Assembly (NCBI GenBank): GCA_013115145.1
Contig: JAAPAO010000001.1
Location: 268,529-332,528, forward strand
Length of the DNA stretch: 64,000 nucleotides
Source: Perkinsus chesapeaki ATCC PRA-425
Lineage: Eukaryota; Protista; Perkinsozoa
Direction: 5' to 3'
Position numbers and translations under genes: made by a program. Positions 62,303 to 64,000 of this stretch are shown here, piece after piece (within the stretch, counting starts at the first letter, position 1; every line of letters starts with the position of its first letter). Under the pieces are notes generated by a model. That model searched no databases. It was not told the origin of the DNA and saw only the letters and a list, made by a program, of their open reading frames with translations.

Positions 62303-62935
62303 TACTAATTGTGAACTGGAACTAATAGGAACTGGAACTTCCGAACTATTCGAAAAGACGGGCGCGCGAGTGAGGCTAGTTCGATCCCAGTTAATGTACT
62401 ATGAAAAAACGCAACCGCAACTAAGATCTTGCGCCGAGATTGCGAGGGAACAGTGCATGCAACGGCCTGAAACAAACGGGCGCAACGAATTAGCAAGAGA
62501 TATAAATATTCGTATACTGTGACACTATGGGATGGAATTACTCATCAATAATCACCAAAGCACTCGGAAGTCAGCGTCGTCGATACTCACAGTTTCATAT
62601 CTAGCTGTTTCACCAATACCGTCCCAGAGGACACACAGCGTGCCAGACTTGCGCAGTGCAGACCTTTCCGGAACGAAATTTCCTACGGGAACTCCAACCA
62701 GGGGATATGCTACAGAGCTACTAGTAGAATTGCTACTGTAGCAACAGAGATGCGCATCCCTACACGGGATGGCATTCGCTCATCTATGGGACTATAGTCA
62801 GTCTCACCAGCTGCTCGTAGACGAAAGGTGAACGATGTGCAGAAAAAAGTACAGAGCACCGTCTCACTGTGAGACTCTCACGCGCGGACAAAAATACTGA
62901 GCGGTTCAATAATGGGTCGCTAGGAATAACGGCTG

Positions 62936-63008
62936 GGGATAATGGGTCGTTAGACTCGGTTCGAACTGAACCGTTCAACTTGAACCGAGTCTAACGACCC
63001 ATTATCCC
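62936..63008. repeat. Perfect 27-bp inverted repeat with a 19-nt spacer
   Basis: GGGATAATGGGTCGTTAGACTCGGTTC (62936-62962) and its exact reverse complement (62982-63008). Confidence 0.95.
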
Positions 63009-64000
63009 GCGCATGTTGCGCAGCGCAACGGCGTCCAACGAAATCCAAGGTTCTACGGTTGAATGATTCAACCTGAATCATATTCAACAAACGATACGTG
63101 GGATCCTCATAATGGGGACTTACATACTAATTAGGTTGCTTACCAATTGGAGCATTGGATGACCTGAATCTTGGTTATCAATTTGGTTTGAAATGGTTAT
63201 TAACTTAATAACCACTTCCACGGCTCATAGTGCTGATACATCCTTCGTCGACTCCGGAAACGATATCGTCGACTGTGTCATTCATGGCCTAACTCCATGG
63301 AAGTTCCATGATGGAACGGTGAGTTGGATGTGGTTGTAACATTGAATGGTGTTCAGGTGTGATCCGGACGAACGCCGCATGAATTATTCCATTTAACGCA
63401 TAGTGCGTGAAGCGTTAGATCCTTGTTCAGTTTCGTGTAGGGTTTATGAGTTAATAGTTACTCATAACTGCAGCAGTTAATTTGCTTCTGCTTACTCGTT
63501 ACTGCTTTGCAGACGTTGACCCACGGCGAGAACCCATTCCCGAGATTCTCGTCGGCATGGTGGGAATTGGAAGAAAACTGTCTATTTCTACATTCAAATA
63601 ATAGACTCAATTAGGAGACACTGCCCTAGCCAGCACAGCTTACTGGAAGATGCAACGGTGCACCGTTGCAGCAACGGACTTCATATCTTCACATTCGGAC
63701 TTCGTAGTTCGGTGCGGCACCGACGGTGCCCACTGGAAAGAGCACTGTGCACTTGCAAGGAATGGACATTTCAGTTTATATGCAGTCATGTTCTTCGCGA
63801 GGAATTCACCTTGGGATTCGATAATGACTCCCAGGCGGTCAGAAGGTACGGACTGCAGCCTGCACAGTGCAGTGCAGGCCAAAGACGTTTCTAGCACCTG
63901 AATTTCTAGGGGGTTTGCGTAGAATCTGGGGGGGGGTGGCAAAGGCCCCCTTTTTTACTCAGCCTTATCGTGGCGCACCCTTTTCTTACATGCACGCAAG

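Noticed and set aside
1-64000. CRISPR arrays, rRNA genes or prokaryotic operon/defence systems
   Set aside because: No regularly spaced repeat-spacer array and no rRNA-like sequence seen; genes are intron-containing and eukaryotic.

Overview
Eukaryotic, gene-dense genomic DNA with many short (mostly ~40-70 nt) introns. The gene set and style suggest a Perkinsus-like alveolate; this is inference, not database-confirmed. The first ~12.8 kb is mostly decayed Ty3/gypsy retrotransposon sequence on the minus strand, plus two decayed tRNA-like elements and a small gene with a triple 26-aa motif. Next come an EF-hand/coiled-coil gene, a PI4-kinase, a TAF10-like histone-fold gene, a PHD/ePHD (PZP) gene and a creatine-kinase-type phosphagen kinase. 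About 4 kb of this (3' PZP gene plus kinase) is duplicated at +10,490 nt, with an S28 serine peptidase and an uncharacterised gene between the copies. The right half holds tRNA-Thr(AGT), SF3B3, a PhzF/PBLD-like gene, a RING-CH membrane protein, a BIRC6-type E2, a Dpy-30-motif protein, a SNAPC4-like Myb gene and uncharacterised genes. Two signals stand out. (1) Three dispersed small genes encode an unrecognised family of signal-peptide, predicted GPI-anchored proteins sharing NP[YF]P[RQ]FSPAWWxW..C-x13/14-C; one copy has a 1-nt frameshift. (2) Chained, overlapping palindromes with mostly 1-nt loops are pervasive, mainly in intergenic DNA. All gene models are manual and some exon boundaries are approximate.
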